From positions 16,434 through 80,433 of the forward strand of contig JAQXIO010000027.1 of the NCBI GenBank assembly GCA_029007825.1: 64,000 nucleotides of DNA. Reading direction: 5' to 3'. Position 1 is the first letter of the stretch, and each line of letters opens with the position of its first letter. The translations under genes were made by a program, and so were the position numbers. Shown here one piece after another: positions 11,389 to 22,059 of the stretch. Under the pieces are notes generated by a model. That model was given only the letters and a program-made list of their open reading frames with translations, was not told where the DNA came from and made no database searches. This DNA comes from Bacteroidales bacterium (lineage in GTDB: Bacteria > Bacteroidota > Bacteroidia > Bacteroidales > JAQXIO01).

Positions 11389-11441
11389 AATACTACAGGC
11401 TGTGAATTAGTAAATGACTCTTAATTGCGGTCTGTAGTATT
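11389..11441 (+). promoter_or_regulatory. Long intercistronic hairpin between fusA and rpsJ
   Basis: AATACTACAG pairs with CTGTAGTATT and the stem extends inward with G-U pairs; no 3' U-tract. Confidence 0.5.
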
Positions 11442-11473
11442 CAAATAATATTTATAATAACAAATTAAAAATA

Positions 11474-11779
11474 ATGAGTCAAAAAATCAGAATCAAATTG
11501 AAGTCGTACGATTATTCTCTGGTTGATAAATCAGCAGAAAAAATCGTTAAGACGGTAAAGATGACAGGCGCTGTTGTAAGCGGTCCTATTCCTTTGCCAA
11601 CGCACAAACGTATTTTTACAGTGAACAGGTCAACTTTTGTCAATAAGAAATCTCGTGAACAGTTTGAGCTTTCTTCTTACAAACGTTTGATTGATATTTA
11701 TAGTTCGACTGCTAAAACCGTCGATGCTCTTATGAAATTAGAGTTGCCCAGCGGTGTTGAAGTTGAAATTAAAGTTTGA
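11474..11779 (+). CDS. rpsJ: 30S ribosomal protein S10
   Basis: [10 protein letters not shown] and GPIPLPT motifs. Confidence 0.99.
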   Translation: MSQKIRIKLKSYDYSLVDKSAEKIVKTVKMTGAVVSGPIPLPTHKRIFTVNRSTFVNKKSREQFELSSYKRLIDIYSSTAKTVDALMKLELPSGVEVEIKV

Positions 11780-11799
11780 TTTTTAAATAATATAGTGAA

Positions 11800-12417
11800 A
11801 TGCCAGGATTATTAGGAAAGAAAATCGGAATGACATCCGTATTCAGTGCCGAGGGAAAAAATCTTCCATGCACTGTTATCGAAGTAGGTCCTTGTGTTGT
11901 TACTCAAATCAAAACTCTTGAAAAAGACGGCTATGAGGCTGTTCAGGTAGGCTTTATCGACAAAAAAGAAAAGCATACGAACAAACCGGAAATGGGTCAT
12001 TTCAAGAAAGCAGGAGTAACGCCCAAGAGACACTTGGCCGAGTTCAGCGGTTATGAAAATGCCTATAATATGGGCGACGTAATTACAGTAGATCTGTTTT
12101 CTGAAACTGTATTTGTTGACGTTATAGGAACTTCTAAAGGTAAAGGATTCCAGGGCGTTGTTAAACGTCATGGGTTCGGTGGTGTAGGCCAGTCAACACA
12201 CGGTCAGCACAACCGTCTGCGTGCTCCGGGTTCTGTAGGTGCTTGTTCGTACCCTGCAAAGGTATTTAAGGGAACTCGTATGGCAGGTCAGACAGGTAAT
12301 GAGCGTGTAACGATTCAAAACTTACAAGTGATAAAGGTAATTCCAGAGCACAATCTTCTGTTGATTAAAGGTTCTGTTCCGGGAGCTAAAGGTTCAATCG
12401 TAATAATTGAAAAGTAA
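11800..12417 (+). CDS. rplC: 50S ribosomal protein L3
   Basis: GKKIGMT and [14 protein letters not shown] motifs. Confidence 0.99.
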   Translation: MPGLLGKKIGMTSVFSAEGKNLPCTVIEVGPCVVTQIKTLEKDGYEAVQVGFIDKKEKHTNKPEMGHFKKAGVTPKRHLAEFSGYENAYNMGDVITVDLFSETVFVDVIGTSKGKGFQGVVKRHGFGGVGQSTHGQHNRLRAPGSVGACSYPAKVFKGTRMAGQTGNERVTIQNLQVIKVIPEHNLLLIKGSVPGAKGSIVIIEK

Positions 12418-13047
12418 ATGGAACTGAGCGTATATAATATTAAAGGTGAAGATACCGGTAAGAAAGTGGTTCTGAATGAATCAGTTTTTGGGATTGAACC
12501 TAACGACCATGCTTTATATTTGTCTGTAAAGCAATATATGGCAAATGGACGTCAGGGTACTCACAAATCAAAAGAGAGAAGTGAGATCTCCGGTAGTACT
12601 AGAAAGTTGATCCGCCAGAAAGGTGGCGGTGGAGCTCGTCGTGGTGATATTAATTCTCCGGTGTTAGTCGGGGGGGGCCGTGTTTTCGGACCTAAGCCTC
12701 GCGATTACAGTTTCAAATTGAACAAAAAAGTTAAGGATTTAGCTCGTAAGTCAGCTTTGTCATATAAGGTAAAAGATAATGCCATGATTGTGGTAGAAGA
12801 CTTTGCTTTTGAAAATCCTAAAACAAAGAATTTTGTGCAATTGATTGATTCCTTGAAGATTGCTGATAAAAAAGTGCTTTTGATAGTGCCGGAAAACAAT
12901 AATTTCGTATATTTGTCGGCTCGAAATCTTCAAAGGGTTAAGGTTTTAACTGCAAGTGAGTTAAATACCTATGCTGTATTGGATGCTACCAGTCTGGTTG
13001 TGACTGAGAGCTCTTTGTCTATTTTGGAGAATAATTTAAATGCATAA
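12418..13047 (+). CDS. rplD: 50S ribosomal protein L4
   Basis: [12 protein letters not shown] and [10 protein letters not shown] motifs. Confidence 0.99.
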   Translation: MELSVYNIKGEDTGKKVVLNESVFGIEPNDHALYLSVKQYMANGRQGTHKSKERSEISGSTRKLIRQKGGGGARRGDINSPVLVGGGRVFGPKPRDYSFKLNKKVKDLARKSALSYKVKDNAMIVVEDFAFENPKTKNFVQLIDSLKIADKKVLLIVPENNNFVYLSARNLQRVKVLTASELNTYAVLDATSLVVTESSLSILENNLNA

Positions 13048-13058
13048 GAAACTGAGAA

Positions 13059-13352
13059 ATGGGAATAATTATTAAACCTGTAGTTACAGAAAAGCAAACC
13101 TCTATTACGGAAAAATTTCCGAATCGCTTTGCGTTTAAGGTTTCTCCTGATGCAAATAAGATTGAGATCAAGAATGCTGTCGAAGCTATATATAAGGTGA
13201 CTGTCGTAGATGTGAATACCCTTAATTATAGCGGAAAGCGTAAAGGTCGTTATACGAAATCAGGATATATTGTAGGAAAGACTTCTGCGTTTAAGAAGGC
13301 TGTTGTTACGTTGAAAGAAGGAGAGACAATAGATCTCTTTAGTAATATTTAA
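13059..13352 (+). CDS. rplW: 50S ribosomal protein L23
   Basis: IIKPVVTEK, ANKIEIK and KKAVVTL motifs. Confidence 0.99.
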   Translation: MGIIIKPVVTEKQTSITEKFPNRFAFKVSPDANKIEIKNAVEAIYKVTVVDVNTLNYSGKRKGRYTKSGYIVGKTSAFKKAVVTLKEGETIDLFSNI

Positions 13353-13360
13353 AATAGAAA

Positions 13361-14185
13361 ATGGGAATACGTAAATTGAAGCCCACAACTCCGGGGCAGA
13401 GACACAAAGTTATTGGTGCATTTGATAAGATCACTGCAAGTGTACCAGAGAAGTCTCTTGTAGTTGGTAAAACTAAATCTGGCGGACGAAATAACCAAGG
13501 TAAAATGACCATGCGTTATCTCGGAGGCGGACACAAACAAAAGTACAGATTTATCGATTTCAAGAGAAGTAAAGATGGAATTCCTGCAGTAGTAAAGACA
13601 ATTGAATATGATCCGAACAGATCGTCTCGTATTGCTTTGCTATTTTATGCCGATGGTGAAAAGACTTATATCGTAGCACCAGACGGTTTGACAGTGAACC
13701 AGACAGTGATGTCGGGATCTAATGCGGCTCCCGAAGTTGGGAATTGTTTGCCTTTGGCAGATATTCCTGTAGGTACAATTATTCATAACATCGAATTGCG
13801 TCCGGGACAAGGAGCTAAACTTGTTCGTTCGGCAGGTGTTTTTGCTCAGCTGACTTCGAAAGAAGGAGCATATGCCATTATAAAAATGCCTTCAGGTGAG
13901 ACCAGAAAAATTTTAGCTACATGTAAGGCTACTATTGGAAGTGTCGGCAATTCAGATCACGCTCTTGAAAAATCAGGAAAGGCTGGTCGTTCTAGATGGC
14001 TTGGACGTCGTCCTCATAACCGTGGTGTTGTAATGAATCCTGTAGATCACCCGATGGGTGGTGGTGAAGGACGTGCTTCTGGAGGACATCCGAGATCTCG
14101 TACAGGCCTTTATGCTAAGGGCTTGAAGACAAGAGCTCCGAAGAAACATTCTTCGAAATATATTATTGAGAGAAGAAAGAAGTAA
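13361..14185 (+). CDS. rplB: 50S ribosomal protein L2
   Basis: IEYDPNRS and [17 protein letters not shown] motifs. Confidence 0.99.
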   Translation: MGIRKLKPTTPGQRHKVIGAFDKITASVPEKSLVVGKTKSGGRNNQGKMTMRYLGGGHKQKYRFIDFKRSKDGIPAVVKTIEYDPNRSSRIALLFYADGEKTYIVAPDGLTVNQTVMSGSNAAPEVGNCLPLADIPVGTIIHNIELRPGQGAKLVRSAGVFAQLTSKEGAYAIIKMPSGETRKILATCKATIGSVGNSDHALEKSGKAGRSRWLGRRPHNRGVVMNPVDHPMGGGEGRASGGHPRSRTGLYAKGLKTRAPKKHSSKYIIERRKK

Positions 14186-14204
14186 TCTGATTAATTGAAA
14201 AACT

Positions 14205-14474
14205 ATGAGTCGATCACTTAAAAAAGGCCCTTATATAAATGTCAAACTTGAAAAGAAAGTTTTGGCAATGAATGAGTCAGGAAAAAAATCCGTTGTTAAG
14301 ACTTGGGCGAGAGCGTCAATGATTTCGCCTGATTTTGTAGGCCATACGATTGCCGTACACAACGGAAACAAATTTATTCCTGTATATGTAACTGAAAATA
14401 TGGTTGGTCATAAACTGGGAGAGTTTTCACCGACGCGTAATTTCAGAGGTCATGCCGGTAACAAGAAAAAATAA
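14205..14474 (+). CDS. rpsS: 30S ribosomal protein S19
   Basis: MSRSLKKGP and [11 protein letters not shown] motifs. Confidence 0.99.
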   Translation: MSRSLKKGPYINVKLEKKVLAMNESGKKSVVKTWARASMISPDFVGHTIAVHNGNKFIPVYVTENMVGHKLGEFSPTRNFRGHAGNKKK

Positions 14475-14515
14475 CAGGCATTTAGAATTTCTGGAAATGA
14501 ATAAAATCAAATAAA

Positions 14516-14920
14516 ATGGGTGCTAGAAAAAGAATATCAGCTGAAAAAAGAAAGGAAGCTTTGAAAAGCCAATACTTTGCTAAGCTAAATAATGTTCCGA
14601 CCTCTCCTAGAAAGATGCGCTTGGTTGCAGATATGGTGCGTGGTATGGAAGTATTTAAAGCTCTTGGCGTATTGAAGTTTTCAGCAAAAGAAGCTTCCGG
14701 TAGAATTGAAAAACTATTGCGCTCGGCTATTGCGAATTGGGAACAAAAGAATGAACGCAAGGCAGAAAGCGGAGAGTTGTATATCTCCTCTATCGCAGTA
14801 GATTCTGCAACAATGTTGAAACGTTTGCGTCCCGCTCCTCAAGGTCGTGGCTACAGAATACGCAAGCGTTCAAATCATGTGACTTTGTTTGTAGATACTA
14901 ATAAAGAAACTCAAAATTAA
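14516..14920 (+). CDS. rplV: 50S ribosomal protein L22
   Basis: [14 protein letters not shown] and RPAPQGRG motifs. Confidence 0.99.
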   Translation: MGARKRISAEKRKEALKSQYFAKLNNVPTSPRKMRLVADMVRGMEVFKALGVLKFSAKEASGRIEKLLRSAIANWEQKNERKAESGELYISSIAVDSATMLKRLRPAPQGRGYRIRKRSNHVTLFVDTNKETQN

Positions 14921-14927
14921 TTGGCAG

Positions 14928-15668
14928 ATGGGACAAAAAGTTAACCCGATAAGTAATCGATTGGGAATCATTCGTGGATGGGACTCCAATTGGTATGGTG
15001 GCGATAATTATGGTGATACTTTGTACGAAGACAGTAAAATCCGTAAATATTTGAATGCCCGTCTTGCCAAAGCGAGTGTATCTAGAATCGTTATCGAACG
15101 TACGTTAAAACTGGTAACGATTACTGTATGTACAGCACGTCCTGGTATTATTATCGGAAAAGGTGGTCAGGAAGTTGACCGATTGAAAGAAGAATTGAAA
15201 AAGATCACAGATAAAGAGGTCCAGATCAATATCTTTGAAGTAAAGCGTCCGGAATTGGATGCAGTAATTGTGGCGAATAATATTGCCCGCCAGATTGAAG
15301 GTAAGATGGCTTATCGCAGAGCTATCAAAACAGCAATCTCATCAACGATGAGAATGGGGGCAGAAGGTATTAAAGTTCAGATTTCCGGTCGTTTGAACGG
15401 TGCGGAAATGGCTCGTTCTGAGATGTATAAAGAAGGTCGTACGCCTCTTCATACTTTACGTGCCGATATCGATTATGCTTTGGCAGAAGCTTTAACAAAG
15501 GTTGGTCTTATCGGTATTAAAGTTTGGATTTGCAGGGGAGAAGTTTACGGTAAACGTGATCTTGCACCTCAGTTTGTTTCTTCAAAGGATAACAACAGAA
15601 GAAACGATGCTCCTGCCAACGGCGGAAGAGAACGTAACTTTAAGAGAAAAAAAACCACTAATCGATAA
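14928..15668 (+). CDS. rpsC: 30S ribosomal protein S3
   Basis: [17 protein letters not shown] and [10 protein letters not shown] motifs. Confidence 0.99.
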   Translation: MGQKVNPISNRLGIIRGWDSNWYGGDNYGDTLYEDSKIRKYLNARLAKASVSRIVIERTLKLVTITVCTARPGIIIGKGGQEVDRLKEELKKITDKEVQINIFEVKRPELDAVIVANNIARQIEGKMAYRRAIKTAISSTMRMGAEGIKVQISGRLNGAEMARSEMYKEGRTPLHTLRADIDYALAEALTKVGLIGIKVWICRGEVYGKRDLAPQFVSSKDNNRRNDAPANGGRERNFKRKKTTNR

Positions 15669-15686
15669 CCATTAGATTTTTAGAAG

Positions 15687-16121
15687 ATGTTACAACCTAA
15701 AAAAACAAAATTTAGAAGGCAACAAAAAGGCCGTATGAAGGGATTAGCCCAGCGCGGTAATCAGTTGGCTTTTGGATCTTTTGGTATAAAGTCTTTGCAG
15801 GCGAAGTGGATTACAGGACGTCAGATTGAGGCGGCCCGTATTGCGGTAACTCGCTATATGCAGCGTCAGGGTCAGGTATGGGTTCGGATTTTCCCCGATA
15901 AACCTATTACAAAGAAACCCGCTGAAGTGCGTATGGGTAAAGGAAAAGGTTCTCCAGAGGGCTTTGTTGCTCCTGTTACCCCGGGAAGAATTATATTTGA
16001 GATCGAGGGTGTTCCTTTTGACGTAGCGAAAGAAGCACTTCGTCTGGCAGCTCAAAAGTTGCCGGTTACAACTAAGTTTGTAGTTAGACACGATTTTGAT
16101 TTACAAAACCAAACTGCGTAA
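15687..16121 (+). CDS. rplP: 50S ribosomal protein L16
   Basis: [10 protein letters not shown] and EVRMGKGKG motifs. Confidence 0.99.
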   Translation: MLQPKKTKFRRQQKGRMKGLAQRGNQLAFGSFGIKSLQAKWITGRQIEAARIAVTRYMQRQGQVWVRIFPDKPITKKPAEVRMGKGKGSPEGFVAPVTPGRIIFEIEGVPFDVAKEALRLAAQKLPVTTKFVVRHDFDLQNQTA

Positions 16122-16126
16122 TTGTT

Positions 16127-16324
16127 ATGAAGATAGCAGAAATAAAAGAGTTAAGCACGAAGGAGTTGCTTGAACGTGTAGATGCAGAAGTTGGTGCATT
16201 GTCTCAAATGAAGATTAACCACAGCATTTCACCGGTTGATAATCCTGCTCAGATTAAAAAGCAACGTAGGATGATTGCGCGAATGAAGACTATTCTGCGC
16301 GAAAGAGAATTAAATCAACAATAA
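16127..16324 (+). CDS. rpmC: 50S ribosomal protein L29
   Basis: Size, operon position and IARMKT motif. Confidence 0.97.
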   Translation: MKIAEIKELSTKELLERVDAEVGALSQMKINHSISPVDNPAQIKKQRRMIARMKTILRERELNQQ

Positions 16325-16326
16325 TT

Positions 16327-16593
16327 TTGAGCCTGATGGAAGTGAGAAATTTAAGAAAAGAAAGAGTTGGTGTTGTTTCCAGCAATAAAATGGATAAGAC
16401 CATTACCGTTGCCGTAAAATGGAAAGAAAAACACCCCATTTATGGTAAGTTCGTTAATAAAACGAAGAAATTCCATGCTCATGACGAGAAGAATGAATGC
16501 AACATCGGCGATACCGTAAGAATTATGGAAACTCGTCCTCTGAGTAAGTTGAAAAGATGGAGATTAACAGAAATTATTGAAAGAGCTAAGTAA
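16327..16593 (+). CDS. rpsQ: 30S ribosomal protein S17
   Basis: [11 protein letters not shown] and [11 protein letters not shown] motifs; true start may be ATG 16336. Confidence 0.98.
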   Translation: MSLMEVRNLRKERVGVVSSNKMDKTITVAVKWKEKHPIYGKFVNKTKKFHAHDEKNECNIGDTVRIMETRPLSKLKRWRLTEIIERAK

Positions 16594-16595
16594 TT

Positions 16596-16961
16596 ATGAT
16601 ACAACAAGAATCAAGATTAACTGTTGCCGATAACAGCGGTGCCAAAGAAGCTCTTTGTATCCGTGTATTAGGCGGAACCAGAAGACGTTATGCATCTGTC
16701 GGCGATGTGATTGTAGTTGCAATTAAAAGCACAATCCCATCAAGTGATATAAAGAAAGGTGCTGTATCGAAAGCTGTTATTGTACGTACGAAGAAGGAAG
16801 TTCGCCGTCCTGACGGTTCTTATATCCGTTTTGATGACAATGCCTGTGTACTGTTGAACAATGCCGGTGAGATCAGAGGAAGCCGTATTTTTGGACCTGT
16901 TGCTCGTGAACTACGTGCTTCAAATATGAAAATCGTTTCACTTGCACCCGAAGTACTTTAA
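16596..16961 (+). CDS. rplN: 50S ribosomal protein L14
   Basis: [15 protein letters not shown] and SLAPEVL motifs. Confidence 0.99.
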   Translation: MIQQESRLTVADNSGAKEALCIRVLGGTRRRYASVGDVIVVAIKSTIPSSDIKKGAVSKAVIVRTKKEVRRPDGSYIRFDDNACVLLNNAGEIRGSRIFGPVARELRASNMKIVSLAPEVL

Positions 16962-16979
16962 TATTAAAAACTTTAGGTA

Positions 16980-17300
16980 ATGAGTAAATTACATATAAAG
17001 AAGGGCGATATTGTATTTGTTAATGCCGGGGAAGACAAAGGTAAGACCTGAAGAGTCCTGGAAGTTCGCATAAAACAGCAAAGAGCTGTAGTGGAATGTG
17101 TTAACATGGTATCAAAGCATACCAAGCCCAATGCCAAGAATCCTCAGGGAGGAATTGAACATAAGGAGGCTCCGATACATATTTCTAATCTTAATGTCGT
17201 AGATCCGAAAAGCGGAAAACCGACACGGATCGGAAGAAAACTGAATGCTGACGGAGCTTTGGTACGTTATTCAAAAAAATCAGGAGAGGAGATCAAATAA
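16980..17300 (+). pseudogene. rplX: 50S ribosomal protein L24 with in-frame TGA at codon 24 (apparent nonsense mutation or sequence error)
   Basis: Manual translation: [28 protein letters not shown]...[29 protein letters not shown]...SGEEIK, with TGA at 17049-17051. Identity as rplX is certain; pseudogene status is not. Confidence 0.7.
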
Positions 17301-17854
17301 TGAACACTGCCAATCTTAAGAAAGAATATCAGGAGAGAATCGCTCCTGCGCTCATGAAGGAATTTAGCTACAAGTCAAAGATGCAGGTTCCTGTATTGAA
17401 AAAAATAGTAATTAACCAAGGTCTTGGAGTTGCAGTTGCCGATAAGAAACTTATTGATGTTGCTATCGGGGAACTCACTACTATTACAGGCCAGAAAGCA
17501 GTAGCAACCCTCTCCCGTAAGGATATTTCTAACTTTAAGTTAAGAAAAAAGATGCCTATCGGAGTTATGGTAACACTGAGACGCGAAAAAATGTATGAGT
17601 TTTTGGAAAGGCTCGTTCGTATCGCATTGCCTCGTATCAGAGACTTTAAGGGCATTGAAAGTAAGCTGGACGGAAGAGGAAATTATACATTAGGTATTCA
17701 AGAGCAAATCATTTTCCCGGAAATAAATATTGATAATATTACTAAAATGTTGGGAATGAATATTACCTTTGTAACCTCTGCCAAAACAGATGAGGAAGGT
17801 TATGCCCTATTGAGAGAGTTCGGATTGCCTTTTAAAAACGCAAAAAAAGATTGA
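17300..17854 (+). CDS. rplE: 50S ribosomal protein L5
   Basis: [16 protein letters not shown] and DGRGNYTLG motifs. Confidence 0.99.
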   Translation: MNTANLKKEYQERIAPALMKEFSYKSKMQVPVLKKIVINQGLGVAVADKKLIDVAIGELTTITGQKAVATLSRKDISNFKLRKKMPIGVMVTLRREKMYEFLERLVRIALPRIRDFKGIESKLDGRGNYTLGIQEQIIFPEINIDNITKMLGMNITFVTSAKTDEEGYALLREFGLPFKNAKKD

Positions 17855-17860
17855 TAAACT

Positions 17861-18130
17861 ATGGCTAAGGAATCAATGAAAGCCCGCGAGGTAAAAAGAG
17901 CAAGACTCGTTGCCAAATATGCTGCTAAAAGAGAGCAGCTTAAGAAAGAAGGCAATTACGAAGCTTTGCAGTTATTACCAAAAAATGCATCTCCTGTTCG
18001 TTTGCACAATCGTTGTAAAATGACTGGTAGACCGAAGGGATACGTCCGTGTTTTCGGTATATCACGTATTCAGTTCAGAGAGATGGCTTCTGCCGGTTTA
18101 ATTCCGGGAGTAAAGAAGGCTAGCTGGTAA
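17861..18130 (+). CDS. rpsN: 30S ribosomal protein S14 (zinc-independent type)
   Basis: 89 aa; [14 protein letters not shown] and [11 protein letters not shown]; lacks the full Cys set. Confidence 0.98.
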   Translation: MAKESMKAREVKRARLVAKYAAKREQLKKEGNYEALQLLPKNASPVRLHNRCKMTGRPKGYVRVFGISRIQFREMASAGLIPGVKKASW

Positions 18131-18182
18131 ATTTATTGTTAAATATTGTTCGGAGAATCCGAATCAATTTAATTTATTTTAT

Positions 18183-18578
18183 ATGACAGATCCAATTGCA
18201 GATTATCTGACAAGAGTGCGGAATGCGATAAAAGCGCAACATAGAGTTGTTGAGATCCCCGCCTCAAATCTCAAAAAAGAGATTACTAAAATCCTTTTTG
18301 AAAAAGGATATATTTTAAATTACAAGTTTATTGAAGAAGGACCTCGTGGTTCTATTAAGATTGCATTAAAATACAATCCGGTAGACAAAGTAAATGCTAT
18401 TAAGAAGTTGATCCGTATCTCTACTCCGGGTTTACGTAAGTATGTCGGATACAAAGATATGCCACGTGTGTTGAATGGATTAGGTGTTGCAATTCTTTCT
18501 ACCTCTAAAGGGGTAATGACAGATAAAGAAGCCCGTGATCTTAAGATCGGTGGCGAGGTTTTGTGTTACGTATATTAA
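18183..18578 (+). CDS. rpsH: 30S ribosomal protein S8
   Basis: MTDPIADYLTR, STSKGVMT and GGEVLCYV motifs. Confidence 0.99.
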   Translation: MTDPIADYLTRVRNAIKAQHRVVEIPASNLKKEITKILFEKGYILNYKFIEEGPRGSIKIALKYNPVDKVNAIKKLIRISTPGLRKYVGYKDMPRVLNGLGVAILSTSKGVMTDKEARDLKIGGEVLCYVY

Positions 18579-18596
18579 TGTAAGGAGGAAAGAAGA

Positions 18597-19148
18597 ATGT
18601 CAAGAATAGGAAAATTACCCATTCATATACCGAGTGGAGTTACCGTAAATATTAAGGATTCGGTAGTTACCGTGAAAGGGCCGAAAGGAGAACTTTCTCA
18701 GACTGTGAATCCAGATATAACCGTAACAATTGAAAATAATAATATAGTGTTGACCCGTCCGACAGACGATATAGAGCATCGTTCATTGCATGGTTTGTAC
18801 AGATCTTTGATCAATAACATGGTTATTGGTGTGTCTGAAGGTTACAAAAAAGAACTGGAGCTTGTCGGTGTAGGTTACCGTGCTTCCAATACAGGTCAGC
18901 TTCTGGACCTGGCGTTAGGGTACACACATAATATATATATGCAATTGCCTCCCGAAGTGAAGGTTGAAACGAAGAGCGAAAGGAATAAAAATCCTTTAAT
19001 TCTTTTAGAGTCGGCTGACAAGCAACTTATTGGTCAAATATGTTCAAAAATCAGATCTTTCCGTATGCCCGAGCCTTACAAAGGAAAAGGTATCCGCTTT
19101 GTTGGGGAGGAAGTAAGAAGAAAGTCTGGTAAATCAGCAGGTAAGTAA
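18597..19148 (+). CDS. rplF: 50S ribosomal protein L6
   Basis: MSRIGKLPI and PEPYKGKGI motifs. Confidence 0.99.
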   Translation: MSRIGKLPIHIPSGVTVNIKDSVVTVKGPKGELSQTVNPDITVTIENNNIVLTRPTDDIEHRSLHGLYRSLINNMVIGVSEGYKKELELVGVGYRASNTGQLLDLALGYTHNIYMQLPPEVKVETKSERNKNPLILLESADKQLIGQICSKIRSFRMPEPYKGKGIRFVGEEVRRKSGKSAGK

Positions 19149-19171
19149 TCGTCAATTAATAAAGTACGAAT

Positions 19172-19516
19172 ATGGTAACGAAAGATCTAAGAAGAATAAA
19201 AATCAAATATAGAGTACGTAAAAAAATTTCCGGAACACCGGAACGTCCTCGTTTGAGTGTATTTAGAAGCAATAAGCAGATCTATGCGCAGGTGATTGAC
19301 GATATTAACGGAAAGACCTTGGCTGCTGCATCTTCTCTGGGAATTGATACGAAAGCCCCCAAGAAAGAGATTGCTGCTAAAGTAGGTGAAGCTATCGCGG
19401 CAAAGTCGATTGAAGCTGGTGTTCAGACTGTAGTGTTTGATCGTAACGGATATCTTTACCACGGGAGAGTTAGAGAATTAGCTGAAGCTGCACGTAAGGG
19501 CGGACTTAAATTTTAA
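19172..19516 (+). CDS. rplR: 50S ribosomal protein L18
   Basis: [11 protein letters not shown] and [12 protein letters not shown] motifs. Confidence 0.99.
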   Translation: MVTKDLRRIKIKYRVRKKISGTPERPRLSVFRSNKQIYAQVIDDINGKTLAAASSLGIDTKAPKKEIAAKVGEAIAAKSIEAGVQTVVFDRNGYLYHGRVRELAEAARKGGLKF

Positions 19517-20040
19517 TGACAATGGGCAAAGTAAATAATAGAGTTAAAACAACTACTGATCTTGAATTGAAAGACAGACTTGTTGCCATCAATCGTGTGA
19601 CAAAAGTTACGAAGGGAGGACGAACCTTCAGTTTTGCTGCGATTGTTGTAGTTGGTAATGAAGATGGTATTGTAGGTTGGGGTCTTGGTAAAGCCGGTGA
19701 AGTTACTGCTGCTATTGCCAAAGGCGTTGAAGCTGCAAAGAAAAATCTTGTTAAGGTTCCTGTATATCGGGGAACAATACCTCACGAACAACTTTCTAAA
19801 TTCGGTGGAGCTGAAGTATTTATTAAACCAGCCTCTCACGGTACTGGAGTTAAGGCCGGTGGTGCTATGCGTGCCGTTCTGGAAAGCGTTGGAATCACCG
19901 ATGTGTTAGCTAAATCGAAAGGCTCTTCTAACCCTCACAACTTGGTGAAGGCTACTATAGCAGCTTTAAGTGAGTTAAGAGACCCTCTGACTGTGGCACA
20001 GAACAGAGGTATTTCAGTAGAAAAAGTATTCAAAGGTTAA
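19516..20040 (+). CDS. rpsE: 30S ribosomal protein S5
   Basis: [12 protein letters not shown] and GSSNPHN motifs. Confidence 0.99.
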   Translation: MTMGKVNNRVKTTTDLELKDRLVAINRVTKVTKGGRTFSFAAIVVVGNEDGIVGWGLGKAGEVTAAIAKGVEAAKKNLVKVPVYRGTIPHEQLSKFGGAEVFIKPASHGTGVKAGGAMRAVLESVGITDVLAKSKGSSNPHNLVKATIAALSELRDPLTVAQNRGISVEKVFKG

Positions 20041-20051
20041 TTTGTTTTAGT

Positions 20052-20228
20052 ATGGCAACTATTAAGATAAAACAAGTAAGAAGTAGGATCAAATGTCCGA
20101 AAGATCAAAAATTGACTTTGGATGCACTTGGTCTAAGAAAGATGAATAGAGTGGTTGAACACGAAGCTACACCTTCTATTTTAGGTATGGTAGAGAAAGT
20201 AAAACACTTGGTTTCAATTATTGAATAA
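20052..20228 (+). CDS. rpmD: 50S ribosomal protein L30 (absent from ORF track)
   Basis: Manual translation MATIKIKQVRSRIKCPKDQKLTLDALGLRKMNRVVEHEATPSILGMVEKVKHLVSIIE; lies between rpsE and rplO. Confidence 0.97.
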   Translation: MATIKIKQVRSRIKCPKDQKLTLDALGLRKMNRVVEHEATPSILGMVEKVKHLVSIIE

Positions 20229-20261
20229 GTAATAATCGATAAATAAAAAGGAGAATACTAT

Positions 20262-20708
20262 ATGGATTTGTCGAGTTTAAAACCTGCTGCAGGCTCTACT
20301 AAAACTGCAAAGAGAATTGGTAGAGGACCGGGTTCAGGATTAGGAGGAACTTCTACAAGAGGACATAAAGGAGCAAAATCACGTTCCGGATATTCAAAGA
20401 AAATCGGATTTGAAGGTGGTCAGATGCCTATACAGCGTCGTTTGCCTAAATTTGGATTCAAGAATATTAACCGTGTAGAATATAAAGCTATTAATGTAGA
20501 TTTGCTGCAGCAAATGGCAGAAGCAAATAAATTGACTAAAATTGATTTGCAGACTTTAATAGACGCCGGTTTTATTTCAAAAAATCAGAATGTTAAGATT
20601 TTAGGAAACGGAACGATTTCTGTTAAATTGGAAGTAGAAGCTCATGCTTTTTCTAAAAAAGCAGAAGAGCTGATTCAAGCTGTTGGTGGAACCGTAGTTA
20701 AACTCTGA
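20262..20708 (+). CDS. rplO: 50S ribosomal protein L15
   Basis: RIGRGPGSG and GFEGGQMP motifs. Confidence 0.99.
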   Translation: MDLSSLKPAAGSTKTAKRIGRGPGSGLGGTSTRGHKGAKSRSGYSKKIGFEGGQMPIQRRLPKFGFKNINRVEYKAINVDLLQQMAEANKLTKIDLQTLIDAGFISKNQNVKILGNGTISVKLEVEAHAFSKKAEELIQAVGGTVVKL

Positions 20709-20712
20709 TGTA

Positions 20713-22044
20713 ATGAGAGCAATTGAAACCTTAAAGAATATCTGGAAGATCGAAGAGCTTAGAAATAAGATTCTGATAACGTTTTTATTTGTAGCAATTT
20801 ATAGATTAGGAACTTATATTGTACTTCCAGGTATTGATCCAGCTTCATTAACAGCATTAAGAGCCCAAACTCGCGGTGGGCTTTTGGCGTTGCTTGATAT
20901 GTTCTCTGGAGGTGCTTTTTCCAATGCTTCTATTTTTGCATTGGGAATTATGCCTTACATCTCAGCATCTATCGTGATGCAGTTATTGGCGATCGCAGTT
21001 CCTTCTTTCCAGAAATTGCAACGTGAAGGTGAAAGCGGAAGAAGAAAGATCAATCAATGGACACGGTATCTGACCGTTGCTATTCTATTGTTTCAAGGCC
21101 CTTCTTATCTGGTGAATCTCAATGTACAGCTTAAAGCTGCAGGTGCTGATTTAGCGGGTGGTCTCTGGTTTACGGTTTCATCTACGATTATACTTGCCGC
21201 AGGAAGTATGTTTATCCTTTGGTTAGGTGAACGTATTACAGATAAGGGAATCGGAAACGGTGTTTCGTTCATCATTTTGGTAGGTATCATTGCTCGTTTA
21301 CCACATTCATTATTTCAGGAGTTCATATCCAGAACAAGTGAAAAAACCGGAGGTTTGGTGATGTTTCTTTTCGAACTCGTATTTTTGTTGCTGGTTATTG
21401 CAGGAGCAATTTTATTGGTTCAAGGAACGCGTAGAGTGCCTGTACAATATGCAAAGCGTATCGTAGGAAATAAACAATATGGCGGGGCCCGTCAGTACAT
21501 TCCGTTAAAAGTGAATGCTGCGAATGTGATGCCGATTATTTTTGCTCAGGCTATTATGTTTATACCTATTACGATTGTAGGTTTTTCCAGTACGGAAGTA
21601 AGCAGTTTCTGGAGTGCATTTATGGATAATACAGGTTTCTGGTATAATTTCGTATTTGCTGTGTTAATCATCCTGTTTACTTATTTCTATACTGCAATTA
21701 CAATTAATCCGGGTATGATGGCTGACGATCTGAAACGGAATAACGGATTTATTCCCGGAGTTAAGCCTGGTAAACATACAAAAGAGTATCTTGATTCTAT
21801 TATGGATAAAATTACACTTCCCGGTGCTATCTTTCTTGCAATTGTAGCAATTATGCCTTCTTTTGCCAGAATTGCCGGTGTAAGTATGGAATTTTCTCAA
21901 TTTTTTGGAGGAACATCTTTGTTGATCCTTGTAGGTGTTGTATTAGACACTCTTCAACAGGTAGAAAGTCATCTTTTGATGAGACACTATGATGGACTTC
22001 TTAAGTCAGGAAGGATAAAAGGCCGTGCAGGTCTGGTAGCTTGA
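20713..22044 (+). CDS. secY: Preprotein translocase subunit SecY
   Basis: SIFALGIMPYISASI, GIGNGVS and FGGTSLLI motifs; multiple TM helices. Confidence 0.99.
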   Translation: MRAIETLKNIWKIEELRNKILITFLFVAIYRLGTYIVLPGIDPASLTALRAQTRGGLLALLDMFSGGAFSNASIFALGIMPYISASIVMQLLAIAVPSFQKLQREGESGRRKINQWTRYLTVAILLFQGPSYLVNLNVQLKAAGADLAGGLWFTVSSTIILAAGSMFILWLGERITDKGIGNGVSFIILVGIIARLPHSLFQEFISRTSEKTGGLVMFLFELVFLLLVIAGAILLVQGTRRVPVQYAKRIVGNKQYGGARQYIPLKVNAANVMPIIFAQAIMFIPITIVGFSSTEVSSFWSAFMDNTGFWYNFVFAVLIILFTYFYTAITINPGMMADDLKRNNGFIPGVKPGKHTKEYLDSIMDKITLPGAIFLAIVAIMPSFARIAGVSMEFSQFFGGTSLLILVGVVLDTLQQVESHLLMRHYDGLLKSGRIKGRAGLVA

Positions 22045-22059
22045 TATAGGGAATAAATA

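Noticed and set aside
11382-11473. Missing tuf after fusA (and missing adk after secY) as a deletion
   Set aside because: This is the normal Bacteroidetes arrangement.
17049-17051. Genome-wide UGA=Gly/Trp recoding or selenocysteine
   Set aside because: TGA terminates rpsJ, rplE, rplO, secY and infA at their normal ends, and no other gene shows in-frame TGA. The position is a Gly, not a Cys, so Sec is implausible.
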